64,000 nt of DNA, taken from the IMG/VR virus record IMGVR_UViG_3300020045_006153, positions 115,550 through 179,549 of that record; one strand, 5' to 3'. Positions within the stretch are counted from its first letter, which is position 1; each line of letters starts with the position of its first letter. The position numbers were made by a program, and so were the translations under genes. The notes under the pieces are model-generated. The model was given only the letters and a program-made list of their open reading frames with translations, was not told the origin of the DNA and did no database searches. This document shows positions 33,280-45,363 of this stretch, in pieces. The DNA is from a virus (taxonomy: Duplodnaviria; Heunggongvirae; Uroviricota; Caudoviricetes).

Positions 33280-33723
33280 ATGACACTATTTGAAAAGATT
33301 AAAGCAGACCAACTTGCTGCCCGTAAAGCAAGAAACGGAGTAGAAGCAACTTTGCTTACTACATTAATTGGGGAACTTACTGCTATTGGTAAAAACGACG
33401 GTAATCGCGAAGTAACAGATGCAGATGTTGTTAAGTTGGTTAAGAAATTTCTTGACGGCGTAAACGAAACGATTAAGTTAATGACCGACGCTACGAATGT
33501 AGACGGTAGTGCAGATCGATATGTTAATCTTCTAAAAGAACAAATGTATCTCACTGCATACATGCCACAACAAATGACCGAGATTGAACTGACTGTTGCA
33601 GTGAAGGCAATTGTTGCTGAGGTTGGCAGCAATATGGGCAAGGTGATGGCCGCGCTAAAGGCGGCACATGCCGGCAAGTACGATGGTGCTATGGCATCTA
33701 AAATCGTTAAGGCTTGCATTTAA
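33280..33723 (+). CDS. GatB/YqeY domain protein
   Basis: IKADQLAARKA, YMPQQMTE, MGKVMAALK..GKYDG. Confidence 0.85.
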   Translation: MTLFEKIKADQLAARKARNGVEATLLTTLIGELTAIGKNDGNREVTDADVVKLVKKFLDGVNETIKLMTDATNVDGSADRYVNLLKEQMYLTAYMPQQMTEIELTVAVKAIVAEVGSNMGKVMAALKAAHAGKYDGAMASKIVKACI

Positions 33724-33737
33724 TTAAAGGAAACACT

Positions 33738-34821
33738 ATGACACAAACTATTATCCCTGCTGGCTATCGCGTTACTATTACATCGTGGGAAAACGACGGC
33801 GACCACTACGAAAACACTGTTCACGAAGGCCTGACTAAAGAGCGCGTAGAATACATTCTTGAACTGTGCAATCTATTCAAGAGTGATTCTAGCACCGGTG
33901 GCAAAACTTTCGGTAACCTGTACGAACCTGATCGTACAGAACGAGCCGAAGCAGAATCTGCTATCACTGTGGTAATGGAAAAGCATAAACCAGTGCTTAC
34001 CAAATACGAACTCAAGCAACTTACTGCTGTGGCAGTCCCCAATGAGCCATACTCTGGACCAGAGTATGGCGATATCGTGAGGGAACTTGTGGGCTACAGC
34101 GAGTACTATACATATCGTGTTTACGATGGTGCTAAAGTGGAATTCATCCCGAACGAGATCACAATGGAAGATGTGACTGGGCAGTTTAAGGTCTAATATG
34201 CGACTAATGTTAGGAACAACTACTGATCCAAGGTTGCTAGTCGAGGTGTCTGCTAATTATGACCCTAAACAGTTTAAATTCTCTGTTATTAATGGTGGGT
34301 GGGAAGGGGAGTTTACAAACGGATATATTACTGTGTTTGGCTGCCCGGGCGGCGCCTTCTCTGATTTAGATAAAATTGAAATTCTTTGCACTAATCAAGA
34401 CAGACTACGATGTAGGTACAGAGATTATCAAGACGTGTTTAACAACTTCAGCAATGCTGAGTATGTTGCGCCCGTGCACAAAGAAGTTAAATTTGATAAC
34501 ATGGACGACGACATTCCGTTTTAATATATGAGCAAACGTGCTAAAGAACTGCTTGAAATTTTTAAGGACAACGACGTGATTACATCGGGTTGTGCAACAA
34601 GTATGAACGAGCAAGATTTGGTTTACCGCTTGAACAAGCGAGCAGCGATACGCAGGGTTGCTAAAGGACGTAAGAGTGTGGAACAAGGTAAGCCTGATCG
34701 AATTTCAGACTTGCTGGAAGAAGCCGCAAAAGAGATTGAAAAACTACGTAAACAAGTTACATCTCTCAATCAAATGATTTCTTATGACGACGGTCCGATG
34801 ATTAAAATGTTTAGGGATTAA
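33738..34821 (+). other. Three hypothetical genes (33738-34196, 34198-34524, 34528-34821)
   Basis: Abutting ORFs. Confidence 0.6.
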
Positions 34822-34984
34822 TATGAAAATTGAATTTAATAAAGAAACAATGCCTGACGAACTGTATAATGCATTACTACAACATTTCGTAACCGAAGCA
34901 GTTGCTCAAGGAATTACTGTAAATAAGTACACACAATTTAACAAATGGGTTGTTTCTTGTGAGGTTAGAGAGTTAGTTCATTAA

Positions 34985-35770
34985 ATGTCGCATTCAATAT
35001 TACGGAATAAATCTATATTCAAAGTTACAAGTTTATCAACTCAGTTGTTTTTTATACTTGGATGGATAATGATTCCGTATTGGGCGAGCAATGCAACATG
35101 GGGAGAGGCTGCAATATGTGCCTTTTCCTTTTTTGTATTTGTTACAATCGGTAGTTCAATCGGATTCCATAGAATTACAGCACATAGACTAAAAGTAAGC
35201 AGATGGTTTTATTACTTTGCAACTACAATATCAACATTACAGGGTGCAGGGTCAATAATTGCATATGTTGCAAATCATAGGCAACATCATCGATTTGCAG
35301 ACACTAATAAAGACCCGCACTCCCCCCATACGCAATCTTTAATAAAAGTATTGTTTATGCGAGGATATCAGTCACTGGATCCTAAAGTAATGATACGACA
35401 AACTAGAGGATTAACATCAACTGATTGGTATGCGTTTACGTACACATATTATTGGGCATTTGCAATAATTTTCAGCATATTCTTATTTCTGATCTCTCCT
35501 AGAGCAATCATGTACGCATATGTAATTCCTGCAGTGTTATCTACATTTGCAATTAGTTTTTTTGTAGATTTTATGTGTCATTGCAAGGTAGGATATACTA
35601 ATTTTTATGTATCTGATACTAGCAGGAACATCCCATGGACGGTATTATTCACCGGAGGAGAATCATTGCACAATAATCATCATAGATATGCTAGCAAACA
35701 GAATATGAGTGTACGATGGTACGAGTTTGATATCGGATATTACGTACTTAAATTGTTTAGACAAGCATAA
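34985..35770 (+). CDS. Membrane fatty-acid (delta-9-type) desaturase
   Basis: His boxes FHRITAH, HRQHH, HNNHH; TM helices. Confidence 0.88.
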   Translation: MSHSILRNKSIFKVTSLSTQLFFILGWIMIPYWASNATWGEAAICAFSFFVFVTIGSSIGFHRITAHRLKVSRWFYYFATTISTLQGAGSIIAYVANHRQHHRFADTNKDPHSPHTQSLIKVLFMRGYQSLDPKVMIRQTRGLTSTDWYAFTYTYYWAFAIIFSIFLFLISPRAIMYAYVIPAVLSTFAISFFVDFMCHCKVGYTNFYVSDTSRNIPWTVLFTGGESLHNNHHRYASKQNMSVRWYEFDIGYYVLKLFRQA

Positions 35771-35812
35771 AGTACTTGACTTTGCAATAGAACTTAAATA
35801 CAATATATGTAT

Positions 35813-35919
35813 GCAGTCGTAAGCGAACAGGCATAGCTCCAGAGAACTGCCCAAAAAACAGTTTGCGGGAAAGGACGAATCTAATTCTCCTTGTAGGTTC
35901 AAATCCTACCGACTGTACC
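35813..35919 (+). pseudogene. Aberrant Leu-like tRNA (9-nt anticodon loop, enlarged variable region, no CCA)
   Basis: GCAGTCG/CGACTGT acceptor, GTAGG-TTCAAAT-CCTAC. Confidence 0.5.
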
Positions 35920-35994
35920 CGCCCTTTCGTCTAATGGATAAGACACTGTGTTCCGAACGCAGTAATAGAAGTTCGATTCTTCTAAGGGCGACCA
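35920..35994 (+). tRNA. tRNA-Arg(CCG)
   Basis: CTGTG-TTCCGAA-CGCAG, ACCA. Confidence 0.9.
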
Positions 35995-36005
35995 ATTATA
36001 CATAT

Positions 36006-36482
36006 ATGACTCAAAAATTTACATTATTCTGGCAAAACAGAAGTCCATTTTCAAATTGGTATCCTAGTGTGTTTACACACAATGGCATTACTTTCACACG
36101 AGGCGAACAATACATGATGTACTGTAAAGCAATTATATTCAACGATCTCGAAACGGCTGACGCAATTATGTCGACAGACAACCCTCGAGAACAAAAAGAG
36201 TTAGGAAGAGCGGTCTCTAATTATAATGATGCAGTATGGTCTGAGGTTAGAGAACAAGTTATGGTCGAAGGATTGACTGAAAAATTCAAACAAATTCCAA
36301 AACTTAAAGAGGCACTACTTGCGACAGGTGACACTATTATTGCAGAAGCCAGTCCGTACGATTTAGTTTGGGGAATTGGATTTACAGCAGATCAACCTGA
36401 AGCAACTGACCAATCAAAATGGCGTGGCCTGAATTTGTTGGGCAAAGTTTTAATGAAGGTACGAGATGAAATCAAAATTTAA
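36006..36482 (+). CDS. NADAR (YbiA) family protein
   Basis: FSNWY, EQYMM.CKA, KELGRAV, EASPYD.VWGIG, GLNLLGK.LM.VR. Confidence 0.9.
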   Translation: MTQKFTLFWQNRSPFSNWYPSVFTHNGITFTRGEQYMMYCKAIIFNDLETADAIMSTDNPREQKELGRAVSNYNDAVWSEVREQVMVEGLTEKFKQIPKLKEALLATGDTIIAEASPYDLVWGIGFTADQPEATDQSKWRGLNLLGKVLMKVRDEIKI

Positions 36483-36981
36483 AAAAACATACATGGATGT
36501 TGCAAAGAGATTTGCAGAATTATCACATGGACGCAGATTACAAGTTGGTTGTGTTATTGTTAAAGATGATATTATGCATCCAGGGTATAATGGTACACCT
36601 ACAGGATTTGATAATAACTGTGAAACAGTAGAATGGTGTTCAGGCGGTGGATGGTTAAGTCCTGAAGAAATTGAAGAAAGTTGGCCGTATGAAGGCATGT
36701 ACGAAGATGCAGACGGATTTAAAATGAAAGGACGATATCGCCTTAAAACTAAACCAGAAGTACTTCATGCTGAACCAAATGCACTTGCAAAAATGCTTAA
36801 GGCAGGTATGAGTACAAAAGATGCAGATGTATTTGTAACGCATGCACCATGCATGGACTGTGCTAAAATTCTTTCTCAAGCAGGTGTGCGTAGTGTTACA
36901 TTCGGAAAACATTATCGTGATAATGCCGGTATTGATTTTTTAGCAAAAACTGGTGTAATAGTCGAGTTGTACGAAGAGTAA
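36466..36981 (+). CDS. dCMP deaminase
   Basis: GYNGTP, HAE, PCMDC motifs. Confidence 0.9.
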   Translation: MKSKFKKTYMDVAKRFAELSHGRRLQVGCVIVKDDIMHPGYNGTPTGFDNNCETVEWCSGGGWLSPEEIEESWPYEGMYEDADGFKMKGRYRLKTKPEVLHAEPNALAKMLKAGMSTKDADVFVTHAPCMDCAKILSQAGVRSVTFGKHYRDNAGIDFLAKTGVIVELYEE

Positions 36982-37043
36982 AACACCAACTTTATACGTA
37001 TCCTGCAGAGATAATTACATATATTAATGTAGGATACGCATAT

Positions 37044-37775
37044 ATGGTCAAACTGACAGGGTTTAATTGGAGTGAATTAACTAGATCTGCTATAATACAG
37101 ATGGTATTTCTTTGTAAAGATCAAATCGTAAATCAATCGTTACAAGTTAACCAATTACATAAAATACTGTCAATTCATATAAAAAAGTACATACCTGTTA
37201 CTATACATAAACAGACTCGGAAAAAAACTGAAGCAGGGCTAGTGTATGTAGGTGGATTATATTATAGTGAATATGACCAAGCAGGAACAAAGCCTATTAA
37301 AGTTGTGTTGCAATATAATCCATCTGATGTTCATATTATGGTAACCGCAATTCGTTTTAAAAAAATAGCCATATTAATTGCCGACACAATATTGCATGAA
37401 ATTATTCACATGCGTCAATATAGAAGAAGATCGTTTAATGATGGGTTAGAGTATGTCGGTACTGCAAACAATTATACTCAATGTGCAGATCAATCTTATT
37501 TAGGAAAAACAGATGAGATCGATGCATATGGATTTAATATTGCATGTGAACTTGATCTCAAGTTTAAAAGTGACGAACATGCAATAACTGAATATTTAAA
37601 CAGTTGCCCGTCACTAACTGTAAAAGAGAAAAGTAATTGGATCAAATATCTTGTTGCATTTGATAATAATCACAATCATCCAAAAATTAAACAATTAAAG
37701 AAGAAAATCCTCCATCATCTTCCAAATGCTAAATTAGGTAAACCGTATACTAATTCAAACTGGTTAACTAACTAA
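37044..37775 (+). CDS. Hypothetical protein with HExxH (zinc-peptidase-like)
   Basis: LHEIIHMRQY, DEIDAY motifs. Confidence 0.55.
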   Translation: MVKLTGFNWSELTRSAIIQMVFLCKDQIVNQSLQVNQLHKILSIHIKKYIPVTIHKQTRKKTEAGLVYVGGLYYSEYDQAGTKPIKVVLQYNPSDVHIMVTAIRFKKIAILIADTILHEIIHMRQYRRRSFNDGLEYVGTANNYTQCADQSYLGKTDEIDAYGFNIACELDLKFKSDEHAITEYLNSCPSLTVKEKSNWIKYLVAFDNNHNHPKIKQLKKKILHHLPNAKLGKPYTNSNWLTN

Positions 37776-38065
37776 CCCGGATTGTTTGACATTAAGTAAC
37801 GCATAGCGTATACTTAATATATGACCAATTATAATGTATCAATAGATGTTCGCTTTACGTTTGAAGTTGAAGCAACATCAATGAACGATGCTTTAGAAAA
37901 AGCAACTCATTTTCAAGAAACAATGAAGCACACATGGGGCGATAATGCATTCACTAACACTGTTACGTGGATGGATTCATATGCTGTAAAAAATGCGGTC
38001 AGCCACGATACTGATCTTGCGTAAAAATTTACGATAATTACAGTATCCATAACTAAAGGACAATA

Positions 38066-38776
38066 ATGAAAAACAAAGGTAAACTTAATATCCCAAGTCG
38101 CCCACAAGTAGCACAATCATCAAGTATGGCTGCACCACCACAATCAACTGGTAAGAAACCACCTAGTATTATGATTGCAGTTCCTGCAATGGAAATGGTT
38201 AATGCAGAATTTGCACAACATTTAGCAATGGCGGCAGCAAATTTAGTTGCAAACGGTGTACGAATTAATTGTGCATTTAATATCGGATCTGTTATTACTA
38301 TTGCTCGTCGAAATCTAGTCGATATCTTTTTAAAGAGTGACTTTGATTATATTTGGTGGATTGATAGCGATATGAAATTTCCAATTGATGCACCATTGCG
38401 ATTACTAGCACGTAACAAAGATATTGTTGGTGCAAATTATCGTCGTCGGCGCTTTCCTAATCCTAACTTCACAGGAATGACTGGTAAGCCCGGTACATAT
38501 ACTGAGTTCCAAACAACTGACAATAGTCCTGCTATGGAACTGATCGATGTGTTACCGCATGGATTAGTACTTGTTAAACGTGAAGTATATGAGAAGATTC
38601 CACAACCGCATTACTTGCAAGAGTTTGTTCCAGAACTTAATCTCGAAATCGGCGAGGATATTTACTTTTGCCAACTTGCACAAAAAGCAGGATATCAAAT
38701 TTGGTGTGATCAAGAACTTTCTAAAGAAACATCACATATTGGTATTTTCCACTTTAACTATAACCTGAGCGTATAA
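38066..38776 (+). CDS. GT-A fold glycosyltransferase-like protein
   Basis: IARRNLV, WIDSDM, GEDIYFC motifs. Confidence 0.7.
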   Translation: MKNKGKLNIPSRPQVAQSSSMAAPPQSTGKKPPSIMIAVPAMEMVNAEFAQHLAMAAANLVANGVRINCAFNIGSVITIARRNLVDIFLKSDFDYIWWIDSDMKFPIDAPLRLLARNKDIVGANYRRRRFPNPNFTGMTGKPGTYTEFQTTDNSPAMELIDVLPHGLVLVKREVYEKIPQPHYLQEFVPELNLEIGEDIYFCQLAQKAGYQIWCDQELSKETSHIGIFHFNYNLSV

Positions 38777-38942
38777 TATGTCTGAAACTTCATTGTTTGA
38801 AAGTATTGAAATCCGTAAAGTAAAAAACGGAATCATCATTACTCTTCGTGCAGACGAGGAGGATAGCGAGTATGTATACGATACTGACCGTAAAGCATTG
38901 AAGTTTGTTAAAGATCTTCTAGAAACAAAAGAACTAAAATAA

Positions 38943-39926
38943 GTGAAAAAAATTCTAGTCACTGGTGGTAGTGGTTATATAGGTAGTCATGTGGCGAAGA
39001 TGCTATATGAAAACGGATATGAACCAGTAGTATATGATATGCAATCTCGTTCTCGTCCATGGGCACATTTGAATTGGGAAGCAGTTGCTGGTGATATTAC
39101 TAACAAATGGTCAATTGGGCACATATTTGATAATCATAAATTTGATGCAGTAATTCACCTTGCTGCGATTAGTACTGTAGAAAGAAGTATAACAGATCCA
39201 TTACCATATTACCAAACAAATGTCGGTGGCGCAGCCGCATTAGTAGAGGCCTGTAGGTGGCACGGTGTAAATAAAATAGTGTTTAGTTCGTCTAGTTCAG
39301 TATATGGTTTATCAAATTATAAACCAAGACTCGAATCTGATGCTAAAAATCCAGTAACTGCATATGGTGCAAGTAAGTTAGCCGCTGAATACTTATTTAG
39401 AGATGCTAGTTCATTAGGAATTCAAACTGTCGGACTTAGATATTTTAACGCAAGTGGTGCTAGTCCTGATGCTAAAATAGGAGAGTACAGAACAGCAGCG
39501 TCTCATCTAATTCCTAGCATACAGTGTGTAATAGAAGGTAAGCGCAGCCAATTATCAATATACGGTAATGAATTCAATACTGTTGACAATACTGCTATTA
39601 AAGATTTTACACATGTCTGGGACATTGCAGCCTCACATTTGAATGCTTTAGACTATTTGTTTAACGGTGGCAAATCAGATGTGTTTAATATAGGAGCAGG
39701 AGATGGTAAAACTGTATTTCAAATGTTTCTCGAATATCAATTGCAATCGGATGTTAAAATTCCATTTGTATTTGGCAATACAAGGCCAGGCGATGTTGAA
39801 TGCAATTATGCAGACATCAGTAAGGCTAAACACATACTAGGGTGGGAACCTAAACTCAGTGATAAAGCAACAATTGTTCGCGATGCGCGGCGGTGGTATT
39901 CCACAGAACTATATAAATCATTATGA
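38943..39926 (+). CDS. galE: UDP-glucose 4-epimerase
   Basis: TGGSGYIGSH, YGASK, LRYFNASGA, KDFTHV. Confidence 0.85.
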   Translation: MKKILVTGGSGYIGSHVAKMLYENGYEPVVYDMQSRSRPWAHLNWEAVAGDITNKWSIGHIFDNHKFDAVIHLAAISTVERSITDPLPYYQTNVGGAAALVEACRWHGVNKIVFSSSSSVYGLSNYKPRLESDAKNPVTAYGASKLAAEYLFRDASSLGIQTVGLRYFNASGASPDAKIGEYRTAASHLIPSIQCVIEGKRSQLSIYGNEFNTVDNTAIKDFTHVWDIAASHLNALDYLFNGGKSDVFNIGAGDGKTVFQMFLEYQLQSDVKIPFVFGNTRPGDVECNYADISKAKHILGWEPKLSDKATIVRDARRWYSTELYKSL

Positions 39927-41796
39927 CAAACAAATACAATATTAAAGACACAGTTTGGATCCACTTAGGTGAACCAAACTTAGTACAAGGAAGAGTAGTA
40001 GAAATCGTTACTCTCAATCATTTAAATGAACCGGGATATATTATCGATCGAGAACTGTATGTTATTGAAATCGTGACGCACATTGATAATATATACGAAG
40101 TGCGAGAATGGGAGACTATTAGTCCCAACAAGACTGGTCCTATTAATTGTTTTAGAAATCTAGGAACAGAAACACGTAAACTAAAGAAACTAGGAATTAA
40201 ATCCACGCAAGTCAACGAACTTGAAGACTTTGTTGAAGTCGGTGAACCAACTGCTGATCAAATCAATGCAGCACTCGAACGTTCTGAGCAATCAATTAAA
40301 CACTCAGCAATGTCTATGCCACTTAATCCAAAACCGAAGCGCAGAAGTTTCAAGAAGCGTAGTTCACTATGAGCATCGTTTGGGATCGAATGGTTAGAGA
40401 ACTTGCACCTGATTATGATAAATTAACAAAAATTATGAACGAAGGTGCAGAAATCGTATCACGGTCGATTACACGCCCCACTGGTATTGATTTTATGGTA
40501 GTAGATGAATCTGCTGTATTGTTAGATTACGATCCAAGTGAAATAACAAAACGAGTTAATTGGTTAGAGACGCAGTTGCTAACATGGCCCAATTGTAATA
40601 GACTAACATGGGATACTTGGCATTTTACAACAATAGAATCTTATAGACGGTTTATGACAATATATCATCTAAAATGGCCTACTTAAAATCTGTTATATCT
40701 AACAACAATAAACCTGTTAATATTCACCAGGTAAAGGTGTATGAGTTTACATTATTCATTCCGGCTTCTAGAGAAGATGCAAATGAGGAAATTGCTAATT
40801 GGAAGGCAAGTAAAGAAGGAATGTTTGTTACAGAAAATGCAGTTGTTTCTATTCACGATATGGCCGAATATACTTCGCTAGTACATAGATATGCAATTGT
40901 TGCAGAAATAGAAGAAAAGAAATTAAGCGAATATTATTTAAAGTTTGGTAAAATATAACATGGCACAACATTCAACTTATTGGTCTTGCTCCTCTTTTGC
41001 AGATTGGCTGAGAGGAACACCCACTCCAGGTCCAGCATCATCAAAAGGATGGAGCAACTGGACAAAAGCAGCAATGGCTGCTCATCCCTGCCGGTATTGG
41101 CTAGCAGAAACTGGCCTAAGCAAATTACAGGATTTTGTAACCTGGCCTATTAGAAAACTTTATGACATCAAGTATTATATTAATAATCGTTGGGTTACTA
41201 GTACCCACACTCTTACTGCCCATCCTCGTGATGTGCGGCCTGGTTCTTGGAGTGACGTTGGCTATCGTTTTTTGCCCTGCCTTTTCAACGAACTCGTTAA
41301 TTTCATCGAAGTCGAACAAGCGTGGAGTAAAATTGCATGGGGTGGCGAAGAAACCCGCAAGAAATATAACCCGCCGTTTTGGGCAGCGGGGTGGTTTCGG
41401 TGGCGCACTTGGAGATGTCCACAAGCGGGATTAGACTATCTTAATTGGGCGTCATCACTAACTAACAATGAATGGTTAGAACAAGGTGATGACGGATGGG
41501 ATAAACCAACTCCCCAAGCAATTTGTGCGCGTGAAGAAATAGAACTGTACAATTGGTGGACCGTCACGCGGCCAGCGCGGCCTGATGTATACGAGGCGAG
41601 TGGTTGGTCTTCTATATGTGATCGAAATAATAAACGCGATCCTGATAATATATTTGGTGAAGATAGAAACGAAGAAGAAAAAGCGCAAACTTCTGCTGCA
41701 CTAGAAACGATACGAAAGTTAGAGGAAGAGTATGAAAAGGAGGACGAAGAAATGATGATTCGCCTAATTAAGATTAGACATCATCTTTGGACATAA
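39923..41796 (+). other. Four hypothetical genes (39923, 40369, 40674, 40945)
   Basis: Overlapping start/stop ORFs; 40945 is Trp-rich. Confidence 0.65.
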
Positions 41797-41799
41797 TTA

Positions 41800-43182
41800 A
41801 TGGCACACGATACACAAATTGTACGGTTTGAATTAAACAAAGTAAGTCAATCGTTTTGCCTTGCAAAATGGCAACAAGTAACATTACATCTTCAAACAGG
41901 GCATACTCACAGTTGTCATCACCCAACTACTCATAAAATTCCATTAACTGATCTTGTTAGTAATCCAAGTGCATTGCATAATACTTCTTTCAAAAAACTA
42001 CAGCGTAAGAAAATGCTCGAAGGAGAAAGACCATCTGAATGTGATTACTGCTGGCGTGTTGAAGATAGCGCAGAAAATGTGCTAAGTGACCGAACATACA
42101 AGTCTTCAGAAAGTTGGGCGTGGCCATATCTAGATAAAGTTAAATCATTACCGTGGGACCATGACGTTATTCCGTCATATCTCGAAGTGTCATTTAGTAA
42201 TGTTTGTAATTTTAAATGTAGTTATTGCTCTCCTCAAGTTAGTAGCAAATGGATGGAAGAAATCGAAAGATACGGACCTTATCCAACATCGTCTAAATTT
42301 GGCAACATTCAATGGCTTAAAGATACTGATGCAATGCCGATTCCGCATAAAGAAGAAAATCCGTATGTTGATGCATTTTGGAAGTGGTGGCCCGAAATAT
42401 ATTCTAAACTACAACAGTTTAGAATAACCGGAGGCGAGCCATTAATGTCCAAAGATACATTTAAAGTACTCGATTTTGTAATTGATCAACCAAATCCGTC
42501 ATTAATATTATCTATTAATAGTAATATGTGTGTTCCTGATATACTGCTTGATAAATTTATTGAAAAAATTAAAATTATCGTAAATGAAAAGAAAGTAAAG
42601 CAATTTAGTATTTTTACAAGTTGTGACACATACGGAGCCCAGGCTGAATATATTAGAGATGGGTTAGACTACCAAAAATGGTTATCAAATATACGAAGAG
42701 TGTTAACTGAAGTTCCGGGCTGCACTTTTACAGTAATGAGTACGTATAACGCATTAAGCATTTTTAGTTATGACAAATTTATTCAAGATGTATTATCTAT
42801 AAAAAAAGAATTTGTTACTAACGATTCAAAATATTCTCCTATTTTATTAGACACACCGTACTTAAGATGGCCAGCACATCAATCTATTTTTATATTACCT
42901 GAACATATGTTGATGAATATCAAACATCAATCAGCATTGATGTCTGCAAATTTAGAATCAATTGATAATCCATTTATGGGATTTTTTCAATTCGAAGTTG
43001 ATAAATTCGACAGAATATACGATACTGCACTAGCATCAATCACAACTACTGAAACAACAACAGAACAAAAAGATTTTGTGTTATTTGTAGACGAACACGA
43101 TCGCAGACGAGGAACTAACTTTCTAAATACATTCCCGGAAATGAGTGAACTATATCATAAATGGAAATCAGCATTAACTTAA
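41800..43182 (+). CDS. Radical SAM protein with N-terminal twitch/SPASM-like domain
   Basis: CNFKCSYC, TGGEPL; FCLAKW, SCHH, CDYCW. Confidence 0.85.
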   Translation: MAHDTQIVRFELNKVSQSFCLAKWQQVTLHLQTGHTHSCHHPTTHKIPLTDLVSNPSALHNTSFKKLQRKKMLEGERPSECDYCWRVEDSAENVLSDRTYKSSESWAWPYLDKVKSLPWDHDVIPSYLEVSFSNVCNFKCSYCSPQVSSKWMEEIERYGPYPTSSKFGNIQWLKDTDAMPIPHKEENPYVDAFWKWWPEIYSKLQQFRITGGEPLMSKDTFKVLDFVIDQPNPSLILSINSNMCVPDILLDKFIEKIKIIVNEKKVKQFSIFTSCDTYGAQAEYIRDGLDYQKWLSNIRRVLTEVPGCTFTVMSTYNALSIFSYDKFIQDVLSIKKEFVTNDSKYSPILLDTPYLRWPAHQSIFILPEHMLMNIKHQSALMSANLESIDNPFMGFFQFEVDKFDRIYDTALASITTTETTTEQKDFVLFVDEHDRRRGTNFLNTFPEMSELYHKWKSALT

Positions 43183-43254
43183 TGGTAAAACCTATCATTG
43201 ACAATACACTAGATCTAGTGTATAATAAGTTATTGTTTACGCAATAGGACTAAC

Positions 43255-44490
43255 ATGGCAACAAAGACAGTAACTAAACCCACCGCTAAGAAAACAGCAC
43301 CTCAAGTACGAGTGACTGCTAAACAAGTAGCCGCGCACCGCGAAAAGGCTAGCCGTGATCACAGTCCTAAATGGGATAACACTGCTGACTTAGATGCTGC
43401 AACGTTTCTTCGATTGTTTCATGAAGCAATGAAATGGTATCGGCTGGAAAGCAGTGTTAAGGAACTTAAGCCTAAAGTTGTCGAATGGATGATAACTGCT
43501 GGTTTTAATAAAAATGAAATTGCAGCGTATAAAAAAACTAAAGATTGGCGATCTGATGTAACTACTTGTTCTATTGCAGCAAGTTTGATTAAAGGTATGC
43601 CGAAAGTGCATGCTGGGCTAAACAACGGTGCTGACACGTCTCAATGGTTGTATAATGCGATTCTTCGAATTATCGAAGAAGGCAAGTACGATATTGAAGT
43701 AATTGTTGCTGACAAAGGTGCAAAAAAATCCGCAGTAGTAATTGCGGCACCTAATATTCAAGATCGAATTCGTGAACAGGCAGCGCAAATGAGCGAGGAA
43801 ATTGATGCTGCAATTGATAGTTTTATTACAGATCCTGAAGCATTTGATCCAAAAGCATTTAAGATGGTTAGTTTGCTACGGGGCAAAGGAGCCAAAGGCG
43901 CACAAGCACGATATATTAAAGGGTTTTTTGAAAATAGTCGTGCAGAATTGAAAGAACTTGCTAGCGGGCAAGGTGATGATCAACTGCGTGAAGCATACAA
44001 GCACTTGCCGCGTAAACATGTTAAGAAACTTATCGAATTTTACGATAGCATAGAACAAGCATGTGACCAGATTGCCGCTGAAGCAAAAGTAATGAAAAAA
44101 CCTCGAGCAACTAAGGTTAAACCTGCTGAAGATCTTGTAAAGAAGATTAAGTTTAAACTCACTGACGATAAGTTAGGAGTAACGAGTGTTCCTGCTGCTG
44201 GTATTATCGGTGCACAAGGTGTAATTGTATATAATGCAAAAACTCGCAAGATCGGCATGTATGTTGCAAAATCTAGTGCGGGATTAAGCGTTAAAGGTGC
44301 AAGTATTATTGATTACACTGAAAAGAGCATTCAAAAGACATTGCGTAAACCCGCTGAACAGTTGAAAGAGATGAAACTTGAAAATACTCAACGCAGAGTT
44401 GATGCATGGATCAGTAAAATTAAAGCAACTGATACTGTACTTACCGGTCGGATCAATGAAGACATCATGATTTTAAAAGTATTTAAATGA
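43255..44490 (+). CDS. Conserved phage hypothetical protein
   Basis: 411-aa ORF after sigma70 promoter at 43198. Confidence 0.75.
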   Translation: MATKTVTKPTAKKTAPQVRVTAKQVAAHREKASRDHSPKWDNTADLDAATFLRLFHEAMKWYRLESSVKELKPKVVEWMITAGFNKNEIAAYKKTKDWRSDVTTCSIAASLIKGMPKVHAGLNNGADTSQWLYNAILRIIEEGKYDIEVIVADKGAKKSAVVIAAPNIQDRIREQAAQMSEEIDAAIDSFITDPEAFDPKAFKMVSLLRGKGAKGAQARYIKGFFENSRAELKELASGQGDDQLREAYKHLPRKHVKKLIEFYDSIEQACDQIAAEAKVMKKPRATKVKPAEDLVKKIKFKLTDDKLGVTSVPAAGIIGAQGVIVYNAKTRKIGMYVAKSSAGLSVKGASIIDYTEKSIQKTLRKPAEQLKEMKLENTQRRVDAWISKIKATDTVLTGRINEDIMILKVFK

Positions 44491-45363
44491 TATCGACACA
44501 CTTCAGGATTGAAAATCCTTGGATAAATGCCAAGTTTAACAATATATTTCATAAAGACTGGTTGCCTTTTAAGCACACAGTTTTCGAGATTGAGATTACA
44601 CAATCTACAAGTACACTTGCAGAAATAAAATTTAACTTAACTTTCAAACGAGACCATGCAGGAATGGTATTTGCAATAGGATTGTTTACATATAGTGTGT
44701 GTTTTAATCTATATGATACAAGGCATTGGAACAATGACGCCAACTCATGGGAAGTATACGACGAGCAGGCTTTCAAAAAAGAAGATATGAAAATTACGCA
44801 ACACATGATAAACGAAATGGTAGAAAGATTTAACAAGATAAAGAGCAATGATAACACTTAAACAATGGTTAGAACTTTGTGAATATAAAATCACAGAAGG
44901 TAGTGAATACCAGTGGTGGTGTTTTGGCAAAAATGTACAAACACTCGACAGTTGGAATGGCGATAACGAGAACGGTTATTCGCTTGTAATTCAGTTTGAC
45001 AGAGTCGATCAAACAGTATACAGTGTTGAAATACACGATTATTTAAATCGGCAGGCATATCGTATAATTCATCCAGATCATCTTGATGCATATAAAAATG
45101 AATGTAATTCACGGGGTATTTGCTTTTCTGAAGCAACTGACGAATACAATTTTATCGATCTCGATGTTGACGAAGATTTTATGGAAAAGGCATCTGTAAT
45201 TATTGCTGGTAAAGTATACAGTGAAAAAATTATGATGCCTCTTACATTGCCTGACAATCTAATGTTGCAATTATGCATGTTAGCACACAATGAAGATGTA
45301 ACACTAAACGAGTATGTTACTATGATGCTTAAAGAATTTATAAAGGAAAAAGCAAATGATTGA
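44487..45363 (+). other. Two hypothetical genes (44487-44861, 44848-45363)
   Basis: Overlapping ORFs. Confidence 0.6.

Noticed and set aside
36993-37040. GTATCCTG..AGGATAC inverted repeat as another permuted motif copy
   Set aside because: Lacks CAGCAA and tRNA context; likely an ordinary hairpin upstream of the 37044 gene
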